DNA from: an uncultured bacterium
GTDB lineage: Bacteria; Patescibacteriota; Minisyncoccia; Phycocordibacterales; CAIJYI01
Length of the DNA stretch: 64,000 nucleotides
Reading direction: 5' to 3'
NCBI GenBank assembly: GCA_903824855.1
Contig: CAIJYI010000037.1
Coordinates: 18,684 to 82,683, forward strand
Part shown: positions 1 to 8,730 of the stretch, piece after piece
Layout of the letters: each line of letters starts with the position of its first letter
Position numbering within the stretch: the stretch's first letter is position 1
The notes under the pieces: generated by a model
What the model was told of the DNA's origin: nothing
Seen by the model: the letters and a program-made list of their open reading frames with translations, nothing else
Databases searched by the model: none
Made by a program: the position numbers and the translations under genes

Positions 1-1158
1 ACAATAAGGTCGGTTTCTAAGATTTTTGCAAAACGCCGCCTTTCAAGCGATGGTTCTTCGGTTATCATGATTATGCTTGATTCAGGTTCTGTTTGGGCAA
101 AAAGTTTTTCCCCTTCTGTTTCGTCATTCAAACCGATTGAGCGTATTATGTTCTTCCGTAACCTTTCCATGATGATGGATGCGGGGCTTCCCCTCGCCGA
201 AGGTCTTGAGGTTCTTCATGAACAAATTAATAAAGCGGGAGTTAGGAATGCCATTGATGCCATGACAAGGGAGATTATGAACGGACAGAGCCTCTCAAAG
301 GCGATGCGTGCCTTTCCTGAGTATTTTACTCCTTATATTGTTGAAATGATTCGTGTCGGTGAATTAACAGGAACACTCACTCAGACTCTCGAGCGTATTG
401 CGGACGATCTTGAAAAGGACAACGAAACTCGTCAAAAAGTTATCGGTGCCATCGCCTATCCTCTCATTGTATTCTCCGTAATGATTTCTATCGCACTTCT
501 TCTTATGCTTTATGTCCTGCCAAAGGTTCAGGACATGTTCAAGGAAGTTGGTGTCGCACTCCCTCCGATTACGGCATTTCTTCTTTCTGTAAGCGCTTTC
601 ATGGAAGCACATCCAATCGGAATTTTTGCAACCATAATTTTTTCTATTGCAATTTGTTTCTCCCTTTATGACACAAAAAAAGGGAAATATTTTTTCCATT
701 TCTTAGCTCTCAGAATTCCCATCTTTGGAGAACTCATAAAAGAAGCAAACCTCTCAAGGTTTTTTCGCTCCATGAATTCTCTTATAGGAAGTAGCATTTC
801 AATAGATCAGGCGGTGGAGATTTCCGAAAAAACCCTTACCAATGCAATGTACAAGGAAGCTCTCGAAAAAATTCAACCGATTGTACGTTATGGTGTACCA
901 CTCACTGAAGCGTTAAAATCCTTTCCTTTTCTTTTTCCGATGCAAACATGCAAAATTCTCGGAGTCGGAGAAAAAACCGGTAAAGTAGGAGAATCACTGG
1001 AACGATTGGTAACGCATTATGACCGAGCGCTTTCACACAAAGCAAAAATGATTACTTCTCTTGTCGAACCTATACTTATGGGTCTTGCAGGACTTATGGT
1101 TGGAGTTCTCGCGCTTTCTATCTTCATGCCACTCTACCAAATGGCTAATGTTATCTAA
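1..1158 (+). CDS. pilC: Type II secretion/type IV pilus inner-membrane platform protein (GspF/PilC family), 5'-truncated by the window edge
   Basis: Frame is open from base 1. Motifs FFRNLSMMMDAGLPL, MIRVGELTGTL, AIAYP, EPILM and IFMPLY match the two T2SSF domains. Confidence 0.9.
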   Translation, partial: TIRSVSKIFAKRRLSSDGSSVIMIMLDSGSVWAKSFSPSVSSFKPIERIMFFRNLSMMMDAGLPLAEGLEVLHEQINKAGVRNAIDAMTREIMNGQSLSKAMRAFPEYFTPYIVEMIRVGELTGTLTQTLERIADDLEKDNETRQKVIGAIAYPLIVFSVMISIALLLMLYVLPKVQDMFKEVGVALPPITAFLLSVSAFMEAHPIGIFATIIFSIAICFSLYDTKKGKYFFHFLALRIPIFGELIKEANLSRFFRSMNSLIGSSISIDQAVEISEKTLTNAMYKEALEKIQPIVRYGVPLTEALKSFPFLFPMQTCKILGVGEKTGKVGESLERLVTHYDRALSHKAKMITSLVEPILMGLAGLMVGVLALSIFMPLYQMANVI

Positions 1159-1162
1159 ACTC

Positions 1163-1600
1163 ATGAAAAAAAACGTCATTAAAAATTCCGCTCGCGGTTT
1201 CACCCTTATTGAATTGCTCGTCGTTATCGGGTTATTTTCTCTGGGTGTTTGGACTGCAGCTGAAGCTTTTGGAAATAGCGAGAAAAAAGCTCTTGATGCT
1301 ACAAATCAGATAATTTCGCTGAATTTGAAAAACGCGCGCAATTCATCCTCGACTGGTGTTGGGAATATAGATCATCACGTCACAATATATAGTGATGGGA
1401 TTTCTATTGACGGCAGTTCTCAAAAAATATTATTCCCCAGTTCAATCAGCGTTACAGTAAGTCCTTCGAATGATATACTATTTAAGAGGCCTTCAGGGAT
1501 TCCCGTTTCTCCTGCAATGATTACGATTACCCACACCTCTTCAGGAAAAACAAAGACCATCACCGTCAATAGTCTCGGGGTTGTATCCTCCCCAAACTAG
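1163..1600 (+). CDS. Type IV pilin-like protein (prepilin N-terminal cleavage/methylation motif)
   Basis: MKKNVIKNSARG|FTLIELLVVI class III signal peptide; start placed at ATG 1163 just after the pilC stop. Confidence 0.85.
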   Translation: MKKNVIKNSARGFTLIELLVVIGLFSLGVWTAAEAFGNSEKKALDATNQIISLNLKNARNSSSTGVGNIDHHVTIYSDGISIDGSSQKILFPSSISVTVSPSNDILFKRPSGIPVSPAMITITHTSSGKTKTITVNSLGVVSSPN

Positions 1601-1608
1601 AAAGAGTT

Positions 1609-2079
1609 ATGAAATTAAAAAAAACTCAAAAATCAGGTTTCGCTATAATTGAAGCGATCCTCGGTATTACTATCGGCGGCATGATTACGCTGTTTTTTTT
1701 AAGCACATTAAAACAGGCGGTAAAAATAAACCATTCAAATATAGACGATTGGCAGGCCATTTTATATCTTCATGAGGGAGACGAAATAGCGAGGGATCTG
1801 GAAATTTCAAATTGGACGGCGATAAGTACTTGCGCGAATCCCTGCCATCCTTCTGTTTCAGGTAGTGTCTGGACAATACAATCGGGAAAAGAATTTCTTG
1901 ACCGAAAATTTGAGCGAAGTTTTAAGATTGAACCGGTATTGCGCAATGCAGGAGGAAAAATAACGCTTTCCGGAGGAACGATTGATCCCCTTATGAAAAA
2001 AATAACCACCTCTGTGAGCTGGTTAAAAAATAGTGCAACAACGACGGAATCAGTAGAGTTATATATATACAAACCTTAA
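1609..2079 (+). CDS. Minor pilin (PilV-like)
   Basis: KSG|FAIIEAILGI prepilin motif with E5; C-terminal KKITTSVSW as in PilV-like pilins. Confidence 0.75.
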   Translation: MKLKKTQKSGFAIIEAILGITIGGMITLFFLSTLKQAVKINHSNIDDWQAILYLHEGDEIARDLEISNWTAISTCANPCHPSVSGSVWTIQSGKEFLDRKFERSFKIEPVLRNAGGKITLSGGTIDPLMKKITTSVSWLKNSATTTESVELYIYKP

Positions 2080-2537
2080 TGAAAAACTTTCCCAAAAATA
2101 CAACTTCAGGATTTACTCTCATGGAAATGCTTGTCGCGATGGCTCTCGGAGCTTTCGTATTGATAATGCTTATGATGATAATGATCCCGAGTTTTAAAAA
2201 CATTAGGGATATTCGTGCCACACAAAAATTGCATGCTGATTCGGTTCAGATAATCGATACTCTTTCTTATTATGCCGAAAAAGCTACCCTTTTTACCGTT
2301 CCAAATTCTTCAACTCTTGTTATATCACTTCCTGACGGAAGCTTTGCTACCACAACTCTGAACGGAACCGCCATCACTGAAAACGATTTATTAATGATTG
2401 ATTCCGACACAGAAGTAACATCGCTTCAGTTTAAAAATCTTGCCCGCTCATTCCGTATGAGTTTTACCTTAAAAAATCCCGAAACGGGAAAAACCTTCAG
2501 TGCCACAACAACGATAACCAGAAGAAATGGTTCATAA
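2079..2537 (+). CDS. Minor pilin (PilW-like)
   Basis: SG|FTLMEMLVAM prepilin motif; TAATG overlap with the upstream gene. Confidence 0.8.
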   Translation: MKNFPKNTTSGFTLMEMLVAMALGAFVLIMLMMIMIPSFKNIRDIRATQKLHADSVQIIDTLSYYAEKATLFTVPNSSTLVISLPDGSFATTTLNGTAITENDLLMIDSDTEVTSLQFKNLARSFRMSFTLKNPETGKTFSATTTITRRNGS

Positions 2538-2550
2538 TTTAACAATAAAT

Positions 2551-3357
2551 ATGTCTCATCCGGAAAAAAACAGAGGTATAATAAGTCTCATTGCCGTATT
2601 ATCTATCGGCATCTTTTCACTTGCTCTCGCTTTTCTTGCTGCTGATGAATCATTAAGTGAACTTTCAAAAAATCGCAATTCCCTTTTCGCTGAACGCACT
2701 TTTTCAACTTCCGAATCAGCAATGAAAGAAGGAATGTATCAATTCAAAACAAGAGGCCAATCAAATCTTTCCACTTTTGCATTTCCGTTAAATGATTCCA
2801 CGACAACGACGATTTCAATTACCTCGACTGTTTCAACAACAACGATAAAAGGGACGGCAATAAACGGAATCACTTCCCATACAATTGTACGAACGATGCG
2901 TGTAATTCCGACTAGTTGGAGTGCTTTTGATTACACGGTTGGTACGGAAGGAAACTATATCTCGAACGGAAACTCAAGTGTTGCAGTAACCAAAATGACT
3001 ATCCCAAAACTAATCTCAACCGTATGCAGTAATCCTAGTTATGTTGCACCTTTGGGGGTCACAATAATTCGTGGTAATCTTTCTACCGGCACGGGTACGA
3101 CAAATGACTCAATTTCTATAGTTTGCGGAAACCTGGACATAGGAGGAGGTAGTACTTTAAATGGTCTTACTTACGTAACGGGTACAGTAAAACTTCATGG
3201 AAACGTTACTGTTAACGGAATAATTCTCTCCATTGGAAATGTTACCGTGAGCGGAGCGAAGAACATTGTGACAGGAGAACAATCTCCGGTCTGGGATGAT
3301 TTACTGACCCCCGGTACTTCGCTCGAACCGGGAAACGGAACGTGGTCAAATGAATAA
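2551..3357 (+). CDS. PilX-like minor pilin with C-terminal beta-rich repeats
   Basis: NRG|IISLIAVLSI (no E5, as in PilX/GspK), A..TSESAMKEG helix, C-terminal GNxxVNG/GxVTV repeats. Confidence 0.65.
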   Translation: MSHPEKNRGIISLIAVLSIGIFSLALAFLAADESLSELSKNRNSLFAERTFSTSESAMKEGMYQFKTRGQSNLSTFAFPLNDSTTTTISITSTVSTTTIKGTAINGITSHTIVRTMRVIPTSWSAFDYTVGTEGNYISNGNSSVAVTKMTIPKLISTVCSNPSYVAPLGVTIIRGNLSTGTGTTNDSISIVCGNLDIGGGSTLNGLTYVTGTVKLHGNVTVNGIILSIGNVTVSGAKNIVTGEQSPVWDDLLTPGTSLEPGNGTWSNE

Positions 3358-3390
3358 TAAAAAACACGAAGAAATTCTTCGTGTTTTTTA
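3358..3390. terminator. Bidirectional intrinsic terminator
   Basis: AAAAAACACGAAGAAATTCTTCGTGTTTTTT hairpin between convergent genes. Confidence 0.8.
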
Positions 3391-3411
3391 TTGTTTTGTT
3401 TCTCTCTATTG

Positions 3412-3897
3412 TTAGAAAACTAATTCGAGGGGGGCTGTTCTTGGGATGCTTGGTTCTGGTGTTTCGGCGAGGAGGTGGATTTTTTTACCGGCGTCGATAT
3501 ATATTTTATATCCTGTATTCACTCCGAATCCTGACGCCGGATCAAGCGGTATTTCTGGAAGGTATGTCGAAACGAGGCAATCTAAGCCGACGGAACGAGG
3601 GGTGATATAGACATCTGCTGTAATTTCCAAAGGAGTGGAAGGAAGATTCGGGCAGGTTTTTCCATTCCCTATATTTACTCCGCCGAAGCTTCCGCTATTA
3701 TCAGAAATACGACGACCGATAGCAAGAGAAAGTGCTTTCATGTCGGTAGTTCTTTGTTCATCTTTATTTTTTGAAGAGCTTTGAGAATAATACAGTTGAA
3801 TAAAAATAATTAACGCCGAAAGAAGGATAAGAGTGATGATAAAACTTCCGGTCACGGCAAAACCACGTGATTTATTTGAAAATGTATTTTTTTTCAT
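3412..3897 (-). CDS. Pilin/pseudopilin-like protein (GspG-like fold) with degenerate prepilin motif
   Basis: SRG|FAVTGSF followed by a hydrophobic helix, KDEQRTTDMKAL and YLPEIPLDP typical of CPR pilins; start placed at MKKNTF. Confidence 0.65.
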   Translation of the reverse strand: MKKNTFSNKSRGFAVTGSFIITLILLSALIIFIQLYYSQSSSKNKDEQRTTDMKALSLAIGRRISDNSGSFGGVNIGNGKTCPNLPSTPLEITADVYITPRSVGLDCLVSTYLPEIPLDPASGFGVNTGYKIYIDAGKKIHLLAETPEPSIPRTAPLELVF

Positions 3898-4028
3898 AAC
3901 TCTATTATATTTTCTTACGAAAGAAACGGCAAGGCGGAAATATTTCATGCACTCTTGCTATTATTTTAAAATGTGCTATTATTCTTTTGGAAGAAAATTG
4001 TTAAACAACAGCGAAAAAGGAGATTGTT

Positions 4029-4295
4029 GTGGAAATAATACATGTTGGAAAAATCACAGAAATGAATTGCCTCGGTTTTGGATATCTTGTTGAAGCCGAA
4101 CCGCTTTATACAAGATTTGTGGAAACTCCTGTCGGAAAAACCTTTGTCTTTGCTATAAATAAGATTGGCTACGACAACATTTGTGATTTAAGTGAAATCA
4201 AAAAACTTGGTGTAGACGTTGGCACAATCGTTCGTTTTACTATAGATAATAGAAATCGAGTAACTCGCGTTTACCCTCTTGTTTTTAGAAAATAG
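4029..4295 (+). CDS. Hypothetical protein (small beta-rich, possibly OB-fold)
   Basis: 88 aa ORF with GTG start, AGGAG RBS, upstream promoter-like sequence and downstream terminator. Confidence 0.55.
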   Translation: MEIIHVGKITEMNCLGFGYLVEAEPLYTRFVETPVGKTFVFAINKIGYDNICDLSEIKKLGVDVGTIVRFTIDNRNRVTRVYPLVFRK

Positions 4296-4305
4296 AGTTT
4301 TATGA

Positions 4306-4341
4306 AAAATCGCCACGATTTAATCGTGGCGATTCTTTTTT
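4306..4341. terminator. Bidirectional intrinsic terminator
   Basis: AATCGCCACGATTTAATCGTGGCGATT hairpin flanked by A/T tracts. Confidence 0.8.
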
Positions 4342-6017
4342 TATGTATTTTTTCGCAGAAGTGATTTCTTGATAAACTCCACAAATAACGGGTGCGGGGC
4401 AAGTGGGCGACTCTGGAGTTCCGGATGGAATTGCGTTGCTAAGAAGAACGGGTGAACTTTTTCGGGAAGTTCGGCGATTTCCATAAGAACTCCGTCAGGA
4501 GAAGCACCGGAAAATACTAAACCGCCTTTTTTGATTTGTTCTATATATAAGGGGTTCACTTCGTAACGATGGCGATGTCTTTCTGAAATATGCTCCTGAT
4601 CTCCGTAAGCTTTTCTCGCAAGTGTCCCCTTTTCAAGAAGCGCCGTATAAGAACCGAGTCGCATGGAACCGCCGTAATTCTCTTCTTTCATTTTCTTCTT
4701 CTGATCGGGCATTATATCAATAACAAGATTTTTTGAATTCGGATCAATCTCTGCAGTATTGGCATCTTTCAGACCGAGGACATTTCGGGCAAATTCAATG
4801 ACGGCTAATTGCATTCCATAACAAAGACCAAAATACGGGATTTTATGTTCGCGTACATATCGGATGACCGCAAGCTTCCCTTCTATTCCGCGAGAGCCAA
4901 ACCCTCCGGGAACCAAAACCCCGTCATAATTTAGTAAAGTCTTGAGATTTTTTTTACCGGCTTCACCTTCAAATTCTTCAGCAGAGAGCCAAGTTAGTTT
5001 CGGTTTTGCTCCCTGCGAATAAGAGGCGTGTTTTATCGCTTCGATAACGGAAATATAGGAATCGGAAAGGACAAAATCACCCGAGCTGAAATATTTTCCC
5101 ACCACGGCAACGTTTACCTCTTTCGTTGCCGTCTTCGTTTTATTAACGAATTTCTTCCACTCCGAAAGGTCAGAGGCTTTTTTCGGTGCAAGTTTCAAAC
5201 ATTTCAGGAGAATGTCGGAAAGTTTATCTTTTTCAAAATTAATCGGCACATCATAAATACTTTCTATGTCGGGAGCGGAAATAACATTCTTCGTGCGAAC
5301 ACTACAGAAAAGTGCAATTTTTTCTTTGCGTACAAGGTCTAAAGGTTTACTGGAACGAGCGATAATAACATCAGGTTGAACACCATTTGAGTTGAGCGCG
5401 CGAACAGCATGTTGTGTCGGCTTTGTTTTCATCTCTCCAAGAATTGACGGTAGAGGTAAATAAGAAACCATCACGGTTGTAACATCGTCCGGTTTTTGCA
5501 ATTCCATCATACGAACAGCCTCTATAAAAAGCACGTTCTCGTATTCCCCGACGGTTCCTCCAATTTCGATAATAGTGACATCCGCATCTTCTTTTTCTGC
5601 CGCTTTTTCAATTCGAGAAATAACTTCAAGCGGTATGTGCGGAACAACCTGAACGCATTTTCCTTTGTATTTTAGATTTCTTTCTTTTTCAATAACGGAA
5701 AGATAGACACGTCCGGTCGTCATGTAGTTATCGGAAGAAAGCGAGACGTTAAGAAAGCGCTCGTAATTACCCATGTCTTGATCGGTTTCAAAGCCGTCCT
5801 TGAGAACAAAGACTTCTCCGTGCTCGGTCGGATTCATCGTTCCCGCGTCAATATTCACGTACGGGTCAATTTTAACGGAGGTTACTTTAAAACCTCTCGC
5901 CTGCATAATAACCCCGATAGACGAAGCGGTGATTCCTTTACCCACCCCGGACATAACTCCTCCAACCACAAAAATGAATTTTCTTCTGCGATTGGCTTTT
6001 GATTTTTTTGTTGCCAT
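4341..6017 (-). CDS. pyrG: CTP synthase
   Basis: GGVMSGVGKG, KIDPYVNIDAGTMNP, GLCYGMQ, ERHRHRYEVN, TQFHPE. Confidence 0.98.
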   Translation of the reverse strand: MATKKSKANRRRKFIFVVGGVMSGVGKGITASSIGVIMQARGFKVTSVKIDPYVNIDAGTMNPTEHGEVFVLKDGFETDQDMGNYERFLNVSLSSDNYMTTGRVYLSVIEKERNLKYKGKCVQVVPHIPLEVISRIEKAAEKEDADVTIIEIGGTVGEYENVLFIEAVRMMELQKPDDVTTVMVSYLPLPSILGEMKTKPTQHAVRALNSNGVQPDVIIARSSKPLDLVRKEKIALFCSVRTKNVISAPDIESIYDVPINFEKDKLSDILLKCLKLAPKKASDLSEWKKFVNKTKTATKEVNVAVVGKYFSSGDFVLSDSYISVIEAIKHASYSQGAKPKLTWLSAEEFEGEAGKKNLKTLLNYDGVLVPGGFGSRGIEGKLAVIRYVREHKIPYFGLCYGMQLAVIEFARNVLGLKDANTAEIDPNSKNLVIDIMPDQKKKMKEENYGGSMRLGSYTALLEKGTLARKAYGDQEHISERHRHRYEVNPLYIEQIKKGGLVFSGASPDGVLMEIAELPEKVHPFFLATQFHPELQSRPLAPHPLFVEFIKKSLLRKNT

Positions 6018-6137
6018 AAGGAAAAAGTATTAATGCCTCTATTATACTCTAATCAAGGAATCAAGCCAAAAATTGAAGGAGGAACAAAACCACACATCAC
6101 TATGGCGTATTTTGTCAATTTATGGTACTGTTTTGAA

Positions 6138-7373
6138 ATGCAATATAATCGGATTTTTGATCTTATCGTCATCGGAGGCGGACCTTCCGGAATGATGTGT
6201 GCAGGGCGGGCGGCTGAAAAAGGCGCGCGCGTTCTTCTGATAGAAAAAAATAAAGAGCTCGGAAAGAAACTTTCTATGACCGGAGGCGGACGATGCAATA
6301 TTACCAACGCGGAATTTGATACCCGTGCTTTTTTGGCGAACTTCCCCGAATCAAAAGAATTTCTATTTTCACCTTTTTCTAAATTCTCCGTGCAGGACAC
6401 CTTTAATTTCTTTGAAAAAAAAGGCCTTCCTTTAGTCGTCGAGGGAAGAAAACGCGCTTTTCCAAAAACTCAGAATGCGAACGACGTTGTTGCGGTAATG
6501 GCGAACTTCATTAAGAAAAATAATGTTGAAATTAAAACGGGAGTAAAAGTAACCGCAATGACGAAAGAAAGTGACGGAAATTTTTTGATTGAAACTAAAT
6601 CAGGCGAAAATTTTCACGGGAAAAAAGTGGCGCTGGCCTCAGGTATTGGAGGCGAAGGAATTTCTATGCTTGAAGAACTCGGCCACACCGTAAAGGAACC
6701 AAATCCGAACCTCGTCCCACTCACGACCGACGCGGAATGGGTTCACGCTCTTTCCGGAATTTCTCTTTCCTTCATGACTATCCGTTTCAGACAGGGTGGA
6801 AAAAATAGACTCAAAAAAACCGGAAAAATTCTATTCACTCATTTCGGAGTTTCGGGACCGCTCATTTTGAACTCATCATTTGAGGTAAAAAAACTTCTTG
6901 ATGTTGGGCACGTCATCGCAAGCATTGATATGTTTCCGGATACAGAAGAGAATGAGCTCGACCGCAGAGTGTGGAGACTTTTTGAGTTGAATAAAAACAA
7001 GATACTGAAAAACATTCTTCCTGAAATGATGGATAAAGCGATTGCCGAACAGATTCTCAATCTTCCGGATATTAACATTGCAGAGAAACCTGCGAACGCC
7101 GTGACTAAAGAAGAACGCAAAGCACTCGTTAAAAAAATGAAGGATCTTACTTTCCCGATTACCGGAACGCTCGGTTTTGAAAAAGCTCTTATCGCTGACG
7201 GTGGTGTCGCTCTCACCGAAGTAAACTTCACAAACATGACCTCAAAAATTCACCCAAATCTCTACCTTCTCGGTGATGTACTAGATATCAATCGACCTTC
7301 CGGAGGTTTCTCTCTTCAGCTCTGCTGGACAACCGGATGGGTAGCAGGAACTGACGCAGGTAACCTGAAATAA
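6138..7373 (+). CDS. HI0933/YhiN-family FAD-dependent oxidoreductase
   Basis: IGGGPSG, GKKLSMTGGGRCNITN, LFTHFGVSGP, GGFSLQLCWTTG; start placed at MQYN. Confidence 0.92.
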   Translation: MQYNRIFDLIVIGGGPSGMMCAGRAAEKGARVLLIEKNKELGKKLSMTGGGRCNITNAEFDTRAFLANFPESKEFLFSPFSKFSVQDTFNFFEKKGLPLVVEGRKRAFPKTQNANDVVAVMANFIKKNNVEIKTGVKVTAMTKESDGNFLIETKSGENFHGKKVALASGIGGEGISMLEELGHTVKEPNPNLVPLTTDAEWVHALSGISLSFMTIRFRQGGKNRLKKTGKILFTHFGVSGPLILNSSFEVKKLLDVGHVIASIDMFPDTEENELDRRVWRLFELNKNKILKNILPEMMDKAIAEQILNLPDINIAEKPANAVTKEERKALVKKMKDLTFPITGTLGFEKALIADGGVALTEVNFTNMTSKIHPNLYLLGDVLDINRPSGGFSLQLCWTTGWVAGTDAGNLK

Positions 7374-7393
7374 AAACGGAACGCATGCGTATT
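7366..7393 (+). promoter_or_regulatory. Candidate ECF (SigW-like) autoregulatory promoter
   Basis: TGAAAT-N16-CGTATT upstream of the ECF sigma gene resembles the TGAAAC-N16-CGTA consensus. Confidence 0.4.
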
Positions 7394-7419
7394 AGAGAGT
7401 AAAGGTATCGTATTTATTT

Positions 7420-8001
7420 ATGGAAAATCTCTGTCTTGATAAAACCGATGAGGAATTGGTCGCACTTGTTCTCGAAGATCAGGAGTATTTTGGCTGCCTC
7501 ATGGGAAGATACAGTGCCCCGCTTTCTCGATATATCGTGCGCATTATTCCTTCTTTTCGTGATTCAACGGAAGATGTTCTCCAGGAAGTTTTCATAAAAA
7601 TTTATCTTAATCTCCGTGGGTTCGACCCTTCTTTGAAATTTTCTTCCTGGGCTTATCGTATTACACATAATCACGCGATAAGTCTGTTGAGAAAAGAATC
7701 TTCCCGTCCTCATACCGTTTCTGTCGACAATGATGAATATGATTTCTTTGAGCGCTATAAAGCGGACGACCAAATAAGCAGTAAGGAGATGCGCTACGCA
7801 AAAGAGGAAGTCTCTTATGTTCTTGGGGAAATGGATCCAAAGTACCGCGAAGTGTTAATTTTGAGATATTTGGAAGAAATGGATTATGATGAAATCGGGG
7901 ACATTTTGAAGAAACCGGTCGGAACAGTGGGGACACTCATTTCAAGAGCGAAGACAATATTTAAAGAAGAATATACCAAAAGATATGGAACAGAAAAATA
8001 A
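7420..8001 (+). CDS. ECF RNA polymerase sigma factor
   Basis: DEELV, EDVLQEVFIKIY, FSSWAYRITHN (region 2); LILRYLEEMDYDEIGDILKKPVGTVGTLISRA (region 4). Confidence 0.93.
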   Translation: MENLCLDKTDEELVALVLEDQEYFGCLMGRYSAPLSRYIVRIIPSFRDSTEDVLQEVFIKIYLNLRGFDPSLKFSSWAYRITHNHAISLLRKESSRPHTVSVDNDEYDFFERYKADDQISSKEMRYAKEEVSYVLGEMDPKYREVLILRYLEEMDYDEIGDILKKPVGTVGTLISRAKTIFKEEYTKRYGTEK

Positions 8002-8710
8002 AGACAATTGCATAAATTGCGTAATGTCTCGTATTAAAGACGAGAAGATTAAGCCAAAATCAAAATGGACATTCTTGTTCCATGATTATTCGGTGATTGC
8101 AATTTCTCTTTCCTCACTCCTTATCGGAACGATCTCATTTAGTATTTTCTTAAACACCTTCCTTACCAACGATTGGGATATTTATCAACAAGCGGGCCAA
8201 GGCTTTTGGGAACACGCGATAAAAACTTTTCCTTTCCTCTGGTTTATCTTTCTCATCCTTTTCGCTTTCTCTTTCTACTACACATTCTCATCAACGGAAA
8301 AAGGATATCATTATGAACAATCAGTCATTATTTCACTTTCTGTTATTATCAGTCTTCTTTTTGGAACAATGATGTATCTCTCGGGAATTGGAGAAAAAGT
8401 AGATGACTATTTTATTCAAACAATTCCCCATTATCATTACGTCACAGGTAATCACACCTGCCTTTGGGAAAATCCAAAAGGAGGTCTTCTTGCGGGAATG
8501 ATTGTCTCCACGGGAACAGAACCGATAACTGTTGTTGATTTCCAAGGAAATACATGGAATACAATAGGGTCTCCGATAATTCAGGAGGGTGTGAAAAATA
8601 TTCCGGGTCAACGAATAAAAATGATTGGAATAACCCGCGGAAATTTCGTTTTTGATATAAAAGAAATAAGAAAATGGGTCGGTGAAGTTGAACCGAATCC
8701 CTGCCAATAA
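7985..8710 (+). CDS. Membrane protein, putative anti-sigma factor
   Basis: Overlaps the ECF sigma stop; three hydrophobic segments followed by a soluble C-terminal domain. Confidence 0.6.
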   Translation: MEQKNKDNCINCVMSRIKDEKIKPKSKWTFLFHDYSVIAISLSSLLIGTISFSIFLNTFLTNDWDIYQQAGQGFWEHAIKTFPFLWFIFLILFAFSFYYTFSSTEKGYHYEQSVIISLSVIISLLFGTMMYLSGIGEKVDDYFIQTIPHYHYVTGNHTCLWENPKGGLLAGMIVSTGTEPITVVDFQGNTWNTIGSPIIQEGVKNIPGQRIKMIGITRGNFVFDIKEIRKWVGEVEPNPCQ

Positions 8711-8730
8711 AAAAGGAAGAAACTCACCGG

